Below, piece after piece: positions 1 through 11,158 of a stretch of DNA of 64,000 nucleotides. Both the position numbers and the translations under genes were made by a program. The stretch comes from Tubulanus polymorphus (Eukaryota > Animalia > Nemertea). Under the pieces are notes generated by a model. That model worked only from the letters and a program-made list of their open reading frames with translations, was not told the origin of the DNA and made no database searches. The DNA lies in assembly GCF_964204645.1 (NCBI RefSeq), contig NC_134028.1, positions 20,704,345-20,768,344 of the forward strand, in the 5' to 3' direction. The number at the start of each line of letters is the position of its first letter. Position 1 is the stretch's first letter.

Positions 1-545
1 CCAACCAATAAAAGTAAATGGGAGATTTTGAATTGAGCCTGAGTATAATTCCACCAAATCTATATCAATAATTAGCTGGCCAGACCAGGAACTGAATTTT
101 TCAAGTATAGCTGTTTAATATTAACTTAGTTTAATTTCATTCTCTTAATTGCGAGGGATCCTGCCAATGATTGCATACGTAAGTATAGTTGGACCAGGAC
201 AGCATTGAGAATCTTCAACTTTTGACAACTCATGAGGACAGCTGATGGCTTAGTTCGGCATACTCAGATATTAAAATAGATCACCAAAATAATAATGATG
301 GGACTAGTTTCCTTGTGCCTATCGACTCTTTATCGACTGGCCTTTTCTGGAATGTAATGAACTTTCTTCAAATATCCCTATCAGAGAAGGAAAGATCATC
401 GGAAAAATTAGGCGTTCGCGCGATCACTATCGTTATCTGGGAGATGAAGGCATAGGTTGTACATGTATTTAGTTATTCATCGTATCAGTTCATACTAAGA
501 AAGAAAGATACGCACAGAATCAAGAAATTGATCAATGGGTTTGTA

Positions 546-2571
546 TTAATGAATAAGTTCCTTTTCTAAGTTGTAAGCAGCGCTGTTTGGACGACCGGTT
601 TTAGGGATTAGATTCATCCAATAATCTCTACCGTGTCTGCAATAAATAAAAGAGCATGATATATAAAGAGACGCTTCCGCGCAATGTGGATACTGGTATA
701 AAAACGTCAGGATTATCCGGCTATCAGTTTACTTTTGACGATCATGTTCATATACACTCTGTCCATATCCAGCCGCGAATGGTAAATTATGATCTTTTCC
801 GGGTGGTCTGAATCCTCGTTCCTCGGATAACTGTAATCAATATAATTATAATGTTAATTATCATGTGAATGGATTTCCCAATGTGATTTGGATAATGAAA
901 TGCGATGCAAGATTTTGTGTACAAACCTCTTCGGACATTTCACGAATATGATAACTCTCGAATCCGCAACATCCTCCGATGTACCTCACTCCAAGTTCAT
1001 AAGCTTTACGGGCATAGTCTCTACATTCCCAACGAGTAAGAATGCGTGGTTCCATCGCTGAAAATGAAAATGCAACTAAATACACATGTATTAGCTATTT
1101 CAATGTCGAGACGATCGAAATGTTATTTCAGCTCACCTAACATACACTCGGGTAAATGAGAATATCCTTCAACTAGATACTCAGTTTCAGGAGAAAGGAA
1201 TCCGATTGGCTGCATCATCAGAAATGGAGATAAACCAGCTTCATTCAGGGCATCTTTCATCAATTTCATCGTTTTCAGTTGCGCGTTATAATCAAACTGG
1301 CAATTTAAACCCACAATATCGGCCCCTGGGTGATTGAAAACAAACACCTACGATTATGATTTAATAAACTTTGCACGACATTGAAACATGTTTGAAAAAT
1401 AACGCATATTAAGAGGGATGTTTCTTGAGTGAAGGCATGATTTGACACCTCGTTTAGCCATTCTAACTGCACATTCTCCTGCACTGATTCCATCGATACA
1501 CCCAACTGGACCTATTCTCATCGTACACGCTATAGGTTTGTTGTATTTCTTCATGACATCAATCGCCCACTCCATCTCTTCGATTGAGCAGAAAAACTGG
1601 ATTCGAAAAATACATGTATACATTCGACACTACAGTGTTATACAAACGTTCGATTTGTTGATAGTGAAATTCCATGGTAAAATAGCAATGAATATCATCC
1701 TTGTCTTGAATAACAGATGCTTACCTCTGCTATAAAGAAATCGACATCCTTTTCTTTGAACACGTCGCATTGCTTTTCGAATTCTGCTTGAACCGCTGCC
1801 TTCCCTTTTCCAGCTATGTAGGTCGGTGTAGGCGACAAACCGCCGCTAACTAGTAGATTGTATGCTGTGGCAACATTACGTGCAAGATCGCATGCCGCGT
1901 GGTTTATTTCAGATGTCTAAGATAAATACATTATAAATATGTACATCATTACCACGGCACTAACCATTCAGTACAATTTGTATGAATGAATAGTTGAATA
2001 GAAATACTGAATAGAAATAAGAGTGAGATAGATAAAGACCACAACCTACGTTATAATTTTTGGCCGACTCACTACATTGAAGCATTCCATCCGTCGCGTG
2101 AAAGGTGAATGCTTGCATTACATCAGCTCCAGCTCGAGCAAATTCTTTATGTAAACCACTGACTTAAAAATGGCAAATTAATGATTTTTCTTTCATCGGC
2201 TAATTCGTTTTGACTTTGATATAACCCAACAGTTATTCTAAAGGACGTTTTTTTCTGGCTGATGCCTCGTAGTTCGCCATTGTTTAAAGTCAAGTGATTC
2301 AAAATGATGCCCACAAAACTATAGATTTTGTTGCAGGCAGGAAGGTGTGCTAAAAATGATCGGGTAAAGTTGGCTAATTGTGTTATGGGCTGTGAATAGA
2401 ATAAGTCACAAACATGTAAAACCTACCGGCGTCAGGATGTTCTAGAACGCATTCAGGAGTATACAACCCAGCAGTCATATATCCTCTTTTTTCGAATGTA
2501 TTCATGTAACTACCGTCGCCAATGATTACGCGTTTTGCTAATATCTCCAGTATATTCGGTTTAGCTGCCAT
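546..2571 (-). CDS. BHMT: Betaine-homocysteine S-methyltransferase-like (homocysteine-binding TIM barrel), about 8 exons
   Basis: Spliced exons give [48 protein letters not shown]|[50 protein letters not shown], ..DYWMNL.PKTGRP; Zn-ligand motifs GxNC and GGCC are intact; GT-AG introns; stop at 546-548. Confidence 0.9.
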
Positions 2572-5334
2572 ATCTAGTATCTTGCAAATAAGGCCACCTT
2601 GAATCGTTTGACGTCTGACAAAGATTAACAAAATTGTCTAACGTATTCTACTAGGCCTATTAGGTCAACAATCGCTGTCCCATTTGATGGTTATAGAAAA
2701 TGATTGCCTTGATATACATGTCACTCGTATATTCTGTTGTTGTTGTTCTATGAGGTTCCGTCTAGGCAATGAGAGTTTTGATGTATATCAAATCATTTAC
2801 TAGACCGTTGCCATTGGGAAAAAGATATCCCCCAAAAGTTGCATCTGTTCACGGTGACGAATATCCGCGATATCATAAGCTGAGATCCTGCCCTTTCTGA
2901 TGATATAGACGAACACTATCAAGTCCATTCAATTTGATCAAGTATAAAGGTTTATTAAGGTTTTTATGGGTTCATACGAAATTCCTGGATGCTGCGGGGA
3001 CCTGCTGTTTGAGGGATGATTTCTCAAGGATTCTAGATTTTGGCAATTTGGTCGGAAGCCTTCATGAGTTGATAATTATATAATGTGTTTTTGTACGATA
3101 TAGATTAGTTGCATCATATCTATAGAACTAATTACTGGATGTAATTAATCTATACCGCTGTTAATTCGTTGCTGATTTTAATATGTCAATTAGATCTTAA
3201 TCGATTTACTCAATTACAATAATTAGAACAGCATTGAATTAGTTTACCTTCACAGAAGTCGAAAATGTGTAATTCAGTAATTAATGTCAGTCGCCAGTGT
3301 TTTATTAATGAGATGTGCTCCTCTCTCACGTGTCAGGTTTGAGTGACAGATGATCCCGGTATAAAACAATCTGATGAGACATCAACTAATCAGTTCAGCC
3401 AATGACTAGTCATCATCATCACTTGGATTAGCGGATAATCAGTAAGCGCGGGATTACGAATTAAAATTCAATCGATGATTTACGGATTACCACTCATAGG
3501 ATTTAAAGATTACAATGGATTATTACGTCGTTAAAACGATTGTGTTGATTTCAGTAATCTATTTAGTAACGGGTTAGTCTTCATATCTTATCGATAATGA
3601 CAATAAAGTTATTAAATTATCAGATGATAAATGATAATATTGAAATGTTGTTTTTCATCAATTAAAGGTTGAAAATATCGGAATAAAAAATATAAAAGTG
3701 GAGCTGAATGGATTGACGAAAAAGATCCCCGTAAACAGCACTCGTGTTCGGTAAGTAAATTGTACCTGGATTTCTCAAATAATATGTCACGTCTGAAGTA
3801 AACTACTGCTGCTGCTGCTGCTGCTGCTGATAGCTACGAACCAGTCCCATCTGCGTTAAAATTTAATTCATTAAACTTACAGAAAAACATCTGATTCTAA
3901 CTCACTAGATCCTGATTGTTTTACATTAGCAAAGCAATGGTTTAATGTTTCATGATATTTTTTTCAGTCCGGTGTTCTGACTCTAAGTAAAGTACAATGT
4001 CGCGCGGGATGTCGTGAACAGATACATAAACCGGGTCAATGTTGTCCGGCCTGTAGCAGCGAGAAAGAGAACACTAAAGGATGTGTTCTGAATGGAATAA
4101 CCGTCGAAGATGGGAAATCAATGACAAAACCCGGTGAAAAATGTACATCATGTAAATGCCAGGTATAAATGAATAATCATGTTTGATTCTAAAAAATTTA
4201 AGCAATTCATACGTATTTCACTGATATATACACACGTTCAATTTCATATTATATAAATATCATTGTTTTCGATGTATTTCAGTCGAGTGAATTGACGCGT
4301 ATTCGGAAAGTTTGCGCAGTTTTAAATTGTCCACAAAAATATCAAGTACACGAAGAAAATGAGTGCTGTCCAATTTGTAAAGGTAACTAATCTTTCAAGA
4401 TGTCCAGGGGACATGGGTTCGAGTCCTGGCGCGGTGGCATAATTATGTTTGGTCATAACTGCATCTCTTATCTACCCTCTCTTAATTAATTGGGGGAAAA
4501 GAAACATCGATCCCTAACGATTAAGAGGGCTCAACGGGTTGAGGCATAAACAACATAAGTTCTTGTCGTTTAATCTACAATATTTGATTTTTCTTGCAGG
4601 TAAAGAAGCCGTATCGGTCGGTTCTATTCACGGCAGCTGTTTATTTCGCGGTCATCTTCATCAAGAAAATCGACATTTCATGCCGGATAAATGCACGAAA
4701 TGTTCTTGTTACAAGGGCGGGATGCAGTGTTATCGTAAATCGTGTCCAGATCTGAATTGCCCGAAACAATTCTTGGTCTACGATAAGAAATCGTGTTGTC
4801 CGAAAGGTAAGCGTCCTGCTGGATGTGCATACAAAGGCAAAATGTACAAGGTAAATATCTTACTATTTGAGTTAAGAGCACATGACTCTTATTGTGAACA
4901 TATATTCTAATAACCGTAGGACAGCATAGACGAAATATCCCTGTACATTGTAGTATGTTTTTCATAAAAGAGCAAGAAACTGTCTTTTTAAATTTGAATT
5001 AAATCTTTATCTTTAATGCTACTCTGTCCTTTATTCCAACCTTGAACTCAGTAGTATTCTATTTATAGATTGATCAGATCTTGAAGGATGGATCCTGTAC
5101 TGATTGTAGTTGTAAAGATGGAAAAGTCACCTGCCAAGAAATAACGTGTGGTTCAACTCCTAAATGTTCACAGGTAAATATCTTAGTTTCCATGGCTGAA
5201 AACCTGGTAAAATTGAGGAACTAATGTTAAGATCATTATTGATTGAAAAAACCAATAATTATTGTTCTATCATTTCTTGAGTGAATACCTACTCGATGTT
5301 TCGACCATATCCTAATACTTGTTTGCAGGGATAC

Positions 5335-5891
5335 TATTGGGGTGATAAATTAGTAGTTTGCATAGAGGGAGGGAAGCCAGAGTTCGGGGCAGTGGCTGAA
5401 GTTAGTAAATAACCTACGTAGATGCTTACGTCGCACATAAGACACTGAATAGAAGATAGGTGAAAGTGACGTGAGTATCTGCGTAGGGTTGCTGGTTATA
5501 GCGGCAGCCTTGAGCTCTGGTATGGCTAGGAAATAAACAAGTAATAAACTCGTGACGTATAATATATGTAGAAGTATACGTCACGAGTAACATGAAATAA
5601 GATAAAAAGGGAGGGTCAGCACAGTAAGGGGGAGAGAGATGCTAGAGTGGCGGAGAAGCCTAAAAAATACGAGCTGTAGGAAGGAATAAGAATTGTGCGG
5701 GAAAATAAAGAAAGAACGTAGACCCACGAGAAGAGTTGTTATTATTCTGGAGTCAGAGGGATATCACTTATCGGATTAATCGGAACCAACAACGACAACA
5801 CGAGGGGAGAACGCAACGTGGCCCCCACAACAATTGGTTGAGAAATTCAACCCCGCAACATTGTTGGAGAACCGAAAGCAACTCCACAACA
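5335..5891 (+). repeat. 5' LTR (557 bp, TA...CA)
   Basis: About 7 differences from 14637-15192 counted by eye; termini TATTGGGGTG...CTCCACAACA form an imperfect inverted repeat. Confidence 0.92.
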
Positions 5892-5892
5892 T

Positions 5893-5902
5893 TGGTGGAG
5901 AA
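5893..5902 (+). promoter_or_regulatory. Primer-binding site complementary to a tRNA-Ala-type 3' end
   Basis: TGGTGGAGAA begins 1 nt after the LTR end; complementary to ...TTCTCCACCA. Confidence 0.75.
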
Positions 5903-8301
5903 CAGTGGTGTATCCTGCACCTCTCGCTGCCAAGCGATCGTGTATATTTGGTGAGTGAACAGGGGTGAAGTAAAAGTGTAAGATGAACGTTACATTCCGT
6001 AACCGTTATAATTACATGAAATACGGGCCGCTACCGCGGGTTAAGTTGAAATATTGCGGATAACTCGATCTGTGTATAAAAATCATTCCCGTCTGGATTT
6101 AATAGCTGTTTGTTTGTCTTATTCGAGAAATGTGTAATCTTCGTATCGTCATATTCAGTTGAAATGAATTATAGAGCTTCCAGTGCGGAAAGTAGTTGTT
6201 TCTTTCCATATTTAAATTAATTGAATTATCCGATTTGGTGTGGCGTTTTCGTAAGATCGTGTTTTGGACACTACGTTTTACATGGCAGCAAATTGAATTT
6301 ACGACTCCGAATTTAGATTCGTGTGAATTAACGGACATAATGGCGTTCGGAAACGAAGTGATTCTGCGATCATAGCGCGATAAATGAAAAACAGTGGAGT
6401 ATTAGAGGCATTATACAAACGCATTTCATCATCGGACAGTTCATAGATCTGCTACGGGAAATCGACCTTGGAGACGTTCAACGGACTACGATTGCGGCTT
6501 ATAGTAATTGTAAATAATATGATATGTATTTCCGCATGTTTTGATTGCTTTTGTAGAATGATACTCAGCGTTTTTAAGTTGCTTGTGTGCTGGGTTATTG
6601 TATCTACGTAGATATAAATATGCACTACGTAAATCTGTTATAGTTTGCTAAATTTGCTGGATGGTATTTCGCGAAAGAATGATTTATTAGTCTAGGTAAG
6701 CCACTTGGTTATCAGTGTAACGATTGAAAGCGCTCACTGCCTGTATATACCTAACAAATAACTGTGGTGTTTATGTGGTTTTAAGAAATATAATGAGTAT
6801 CGCGAGTTAGTATAGAATATGTTTATTGTGAAAAGGTTAGATTGGGCGCTCAGTGGTGAATCTTACCGGAGGGGGTTTGAATAGAGTAGTTTATATGAGA
6901 TGAATTAAGGTGGACCAGGGACCTGGATGAAGAGTAAGGGATGCTCTAGGGGTGGTCCGGAATAAAACGGGGGATTATAGCCCGAAGGATGAATTCTGAA
7001 GATCCTTTGAAACAGTATAATGTTTAGTGGCTAGCCTCTGGGAAAGATTGGATATATATGTTGGACATTATTAGGGTCGAATATCAAGAAATACCAAATG
7101 GGTGATTCGTCGGCCGGTTCCCTATTTATCCATTGATTTTATTTACTCCGGTAAGGCGTGACATGGGGGATGATACGGAAATGAGAAATGTCACGATACA
7201 GCTATTTGTTAGGTATGCTGAAATGGCCATTCAGGGGATTGGTTTTTTAGAAGTAAAGGGTTGCTCATTGCGTAATACAATAAGCATGATAAGTATTATT
7301 CGGTGGATTGGGTATCTTAACTGAATGGTCGTAGATAGCAGGGATGTGTGCTCGCTATGTTTTTTTTCCAAACTTTCAGTCCGTCTTGACCTGTTTATAT
7401 ACAGGATGATGCGTCGGCCGTTTTACATGTGGGGTTATATCCCCTGATTTGCGGGAAGGAATTAGAACAATTCGAATATCAGATGTGGGTGGTTTGGAAG
7501 ACCATAGGCCCAGGAGTTAAAGTTAATTTTTGAGAATCGGCTGTTTGAATGGCACTGAATGAGTAGTGTCCAGAGGAATTTTCCCTAACTTTTGGGTGAT
7601 GCATCTTAATGAGTTTTGTGGTCACTTTATGACATCCTTCCATAAATATATGGCGGCCTGCCTGTCTATTTCAACGGTTCCAAGCCGCAAATAGCAGTTC
7701 ATGTTATCCCTGCCTAGACTACGGATAAATGTGCTTTCTGAGGCAATGGGTGGGGACTAGCAGCTGACATCTCAATAATGCGAATGTACGCATGCGGTAT
7801 ATTCATTTTTGGTATGTTTTGGCTTACCTTTATGTTACGTACACATAGAAAAATTATTATGAAATTGTTTGTGAATTCATTGTTGAGCATGTCTGTTGCC
7901 AACGTGTGCTGGGCACATAATAATCAACTAAAATAATGATGTATTTGGCATCTGTATTAATTTACGTCGTTGATTGGGGTCGGGACAGGTTTGACAAATC
8001 ATCTGATATCGGTTAAGGTAACGGCTGATAGTTTGGACAGTGGGAAATTGACATGTTTGCAATGGTAATTTTAAAGACAAATTAGGCTGCACACACTGAT
8101 TATTTTTTTTTGGTAAAGATAACGAGAACGAGAAGAGTCAGAAAGTTGAAGTGGTTGGTCATATATTGTTAAATTATTAGACTACATGAATGTGGATATA
8201 GAGAAATGGGTGATTGTCTATGAAAGCTATTTGGGAAGTTGTGTTTGATATGTTTTTTTTTGCAACAGAAAATAAGTCGGAACAAATTGTTAGATGGAAA
8301 A

Positions 8302-8590
8302 GGCCAAGCGCCCCAGCTGCTTGACGTTTATTTGAAAAATTATACCAAAACACGTGACAACCTAATTTGCTGTCACGTACAAAATTACAATATCATCAAT
8401 CTAACAAAGAAATACAAAGTCATACAAAACTAACTAGGTCAACCGCCCCAGCTGGATTGACCTAGTTTCTGATTTAAACAATTATCGGAAAAAATACTAC
8501 GCGGTCAAACGCCCCTGCTGTTTGACCTATTTATGAATACAAGTAACTACACCACTATTGCTAAGAAGTCGAACGCCCCAGCTGTTTGAC
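8302..8590. repeat. Array of four stem-loops (GGTCAAAC-GCCCCAGCT-GTTTGACC consensus) with unique A-rich spacers, downstream of the YR ORF
   Basis: Copies at 8302-8326, 8432-8467, 8503-8527, 8568-8590; 9-nt loop conserved, stems covary. Confidence 0.85.
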
Positions 8591-8677
8591 CTAGTTCGGA
8601 GTAAAAAGTCCTCGATTAATCGTAAGTGGGCTATAAAAATGCCACAAAGCCACCCACCTGTGGCTGAGCCCACACGA

Positions 8678-9631
8678 TCACCTCGCAATCCTTATGTATT
8701 TACGGAAGGCCTCGGAATTCCACCGGCCTGCCGCCCTAATCTGTGCGTCGGGGACTCCCCTCGATGCTGCATCGGTTGCAGCGACGATGCGGAAGGAGTG
8801 ACCCTTGAACGCCCTAGGTGACAGTTTACACCATTCCAGCAGGCACACGAGGGGACGGTCGAATGCTCGCCTTAACCACGGAGCTCCACTGCAGTCTATA
8901 AAAAGCGGGCCTGGACGCGGGCCTCGGCGCTGTAAATAAGTGGTGATAGTCGATCGGGCATCGGTAACCCTGGTCGAAAGGGAGGAAAAATCAACCTGTA
9001 TGACCTGAGGGCCAACGCGTGCGCTGTGCTTAAACTTCTTTAGGATTATTTGGAGACCAAAGGCGGTGAGTGCCACGTCTTCGAGCTGTACTACACTCTG
9101 CGTTAGGGCGAGTGTCCTCGGTTAGAGCTCCCCTAGGCGGAAATAACCACAAAACGCGATGGTCATAACCGATTTCACTAAAAGGCGGTTGTAGGACAGA
9201 CTTTCCGTCACAGCAAGACAGTCAAATAAACGGGCCAAAACATCTGCGGTAATTGGGAGACGAACGTCGAAACTCCGCGATAGATTTCTCGCGCCTGCTA
9301 ACATTTTCTGAATGATAAATGATCGACAAGGGTCGGCCTCCCATTTTATCTTGTGAAAATATGAAATTGCCGACAATGTCGACGCAGTAGCTGCGGCCGA
9401 CAAACCCTTTTCGTGCAAATGTGCGACGAACAAGACGATGGAATATACCGAAACCGGGACCAAAATTGTGATGCCCAACTGCTGGCCAAACGCGACTAGC
9501 TTACCCCAAGACCGATCATAGGCCTTCGCGGTTTCCGTCGTCAAAGCCGCTGCTAACAGGGCGTCTATAGTAGGTTTATATTTGCTGGCAGCCAAGACTG
9601 GGGAACCGGCGTAGGTTGAAGGTCGGCCCAT
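8678..9631 (-). pseudogene. Tyrosine recombinase (DIRS/Ngaro type) with one premature stop
   Basis: ORFs 9122-9631 and 8678-9076 are in the same frame, split by TAA at 9124-9122; motifs FRLGEL, KHS, GHSFR, GRWNS.AF.KYIR. Confidence 0.93.
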
Positions 9632-11157
9632 GGCGCTTCCATGCGAAATCGACGAAACTGGAACCGAGAAAGTAGGTCGGGTAAAATGTTATATTTCCCG
9701 GGTATATGTTCGCTAATGAAAACGATGTCAAATTTCAAACAAACAGAGACCATCTTGCGGACGAGGGTCATCATAGCCTTGTCCCGTGAAGATTGTTTAT
9801 TAATAACGTGGACCACCGATTGGTTATCGGAATTAAAACATATAGTCTTATTTTTCCAATGTGCCCCCCAGATTGATAGTGCGGCAACGATTGGGTATCG
9901 TTCAAGGACCGCGATCGAACAAGACTTCCAGCTTAAAGGCCACGAACCGTGGAACCAGTGGGTGCCGTAAACGGCACCGTAACCAAAAGCACCGGCGGAA
10001 TCAGTGTACAAATTCAAACGATCGTTAGTGAGCTTACGCTCATCGATGAAAAATGATCGACCGTTAAAATTTGAAAGGAAGACGTTCCAGACCCGGAGAT
10101 CATTCTTCGCGCTCGCCGTCAGCGAAATGTGCAACGAACGGTGAGGCACGCCCACGGTGAGGTCGATCAGCCTCCTGAGAAACGGTCGTCCCGGTACGAT
10201 GACTGAGCAGGCAAAATTCAACGTCCCTAGTAGTGACTGTAACTCTCGCAAAGTCACATTCCGTTTAGACAGGAATGTTTCCACCAGGGCCATGCATTTT
10301 GCCAATTTATCTTCCGGCAAACGTGCCTCGTGCAAAATAGTATCGAGCGTGATGCCGGCAAACGGTAGGATTTGCGACGGGCGAAAAGTTTTGACTTCCT
10401 TTATGGGTACGCCGAGCTGTTCGCATAGGTCAAGAAAATTTATCAGATCGCGGTCGCACTTAGATTTGCCCTTAGCAATAATCAAAAAATCATCTAAAAT
10501 ATGTACAATGTGGGAAATCCCGAGCTTATTAATCGCAATCCATTTAATACACGACGAGAACCGGTCAAAAATCGCGCAGGAGCTGGCTGCGCCCATGGGC
10601 AGAACTGCGTCGACGTAAAAAAGACCGTCTAAAGTGAAACCCAACAGTGGTTGGTCTAACTTATGTATAGGGATTATCCTGAAAGCCGACTCTATGTCGG
10701 TCTTTGCTAGGAAAACATCGTCACCAAGGGACTTGATGATTTTAATCGCATCCTGGATTGTCGAGTATTTAATGGTGGATGCCTCCTCGGGAATAAAATC
10801 GTTTATCGACGAGCCTTCCGGGTACGATAGATGGTGAATAACCCTAAAACCCCCGGAGCTTTTAGGAACTACCCCTAGGGGTGAAACGTGAATTGGGGTA
10901 CCGTCCGGCATGACTGGAGTCTGAAAAGGGCCCAGAACTCTACCCGTTGCAAGCTCTTTGTTGACTCTTTCACGTATCACGTCAGGGCGCTCCCTAGCGG
11001 ACTTAAGGTTATCGACGCATTTGGTAGGTGAGGGGCCAGAGAAAAAACTATCTAAGCGAAAACCCGAAGTAAAACCTTCAATAATAATGTCACGATCCTC
11101 GGCCTTGTAATCGTAAATGTATTTTCTAAGTTCGGAAATTTTGACCGGCGTCGGCAA
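9565..11157 (-). CDS. Reverse transcriptase/RNase H of a YR retrotransposon (Ngaro-like, no methyltransferase domain)
   Basis: SPLGVVPK..FRVIHHLSYP, KTDIESAFR, LPMG..SSC, HILDDF; RNase H YTDS, E, SDN, HIPG.YN..DLLSR; overlaps the start of YR. Confidence 0.95.
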   Translation of the reverse strand: MPTPVKISELRKYIYDYKAEDRDIIIEGFTSGFRLDSFFSGPSPTKCVDNLKSARERPDVIRERVNKELATGRVLGPFQTPVMPDGTPIHVSPLGVVPKSSGGFRVIHHLSYPEGSSINDFIPEEASTIKYSTIQDAIKIIKSLGDDVFLAKTDIESAFRIIPIHKLDQPLLGFTLDGLFYVDAVLPMGAASSCAIFDRFSSCIKWIAINKLGISHIVHILDDFLIIAKGKSKCDRDLINFLDLCEQLGVPIKEVKTFRPSQILPFAGITLDTILHEARLPEDKLAKCMALVETFLSKRNVTLRELQSLLGTLNFACSVIVPGRPFLRRLIDLTVGVPHRSLHISLTASAKNDLRVWNVFLSNFNGRSFFIDERKLTNDRLNLYTDSAGAFGYGAVYGTHWFHGSWPLSWKSCSIAVLERYPIVAALSIWGAHWKNKTICFNSDNQSVVHVINKQSSRDKAMMTLVRKMVSVCLKFDIVFISEHIPGKYNILPDLLSRFQFRRFRMEAPWADLQPTPVPQSWLPANINLL

Positions 11158-11158
11158 A

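Noticed and set aside
3371-3400. Hammerhead at CTGATGAG
   Set aside because: No stem II followed by GAAA
5736-5954. 72-aa ORF duplicated at 15037 (and 14652, 14828 ORFs)
   Set aside because: Chance ORFs inside the LTRs
9076-9124. Programmed frameshift in YR
   Set aside because: Both parts are in the same frame; a single TAA explains the split
8678-9631. Prophage or integron integrase, or bacterial contamination
   Set aside because: Overlaps a DIRS-type RT/RH and gag and lies inside a spliceosomal intron of an animal gene
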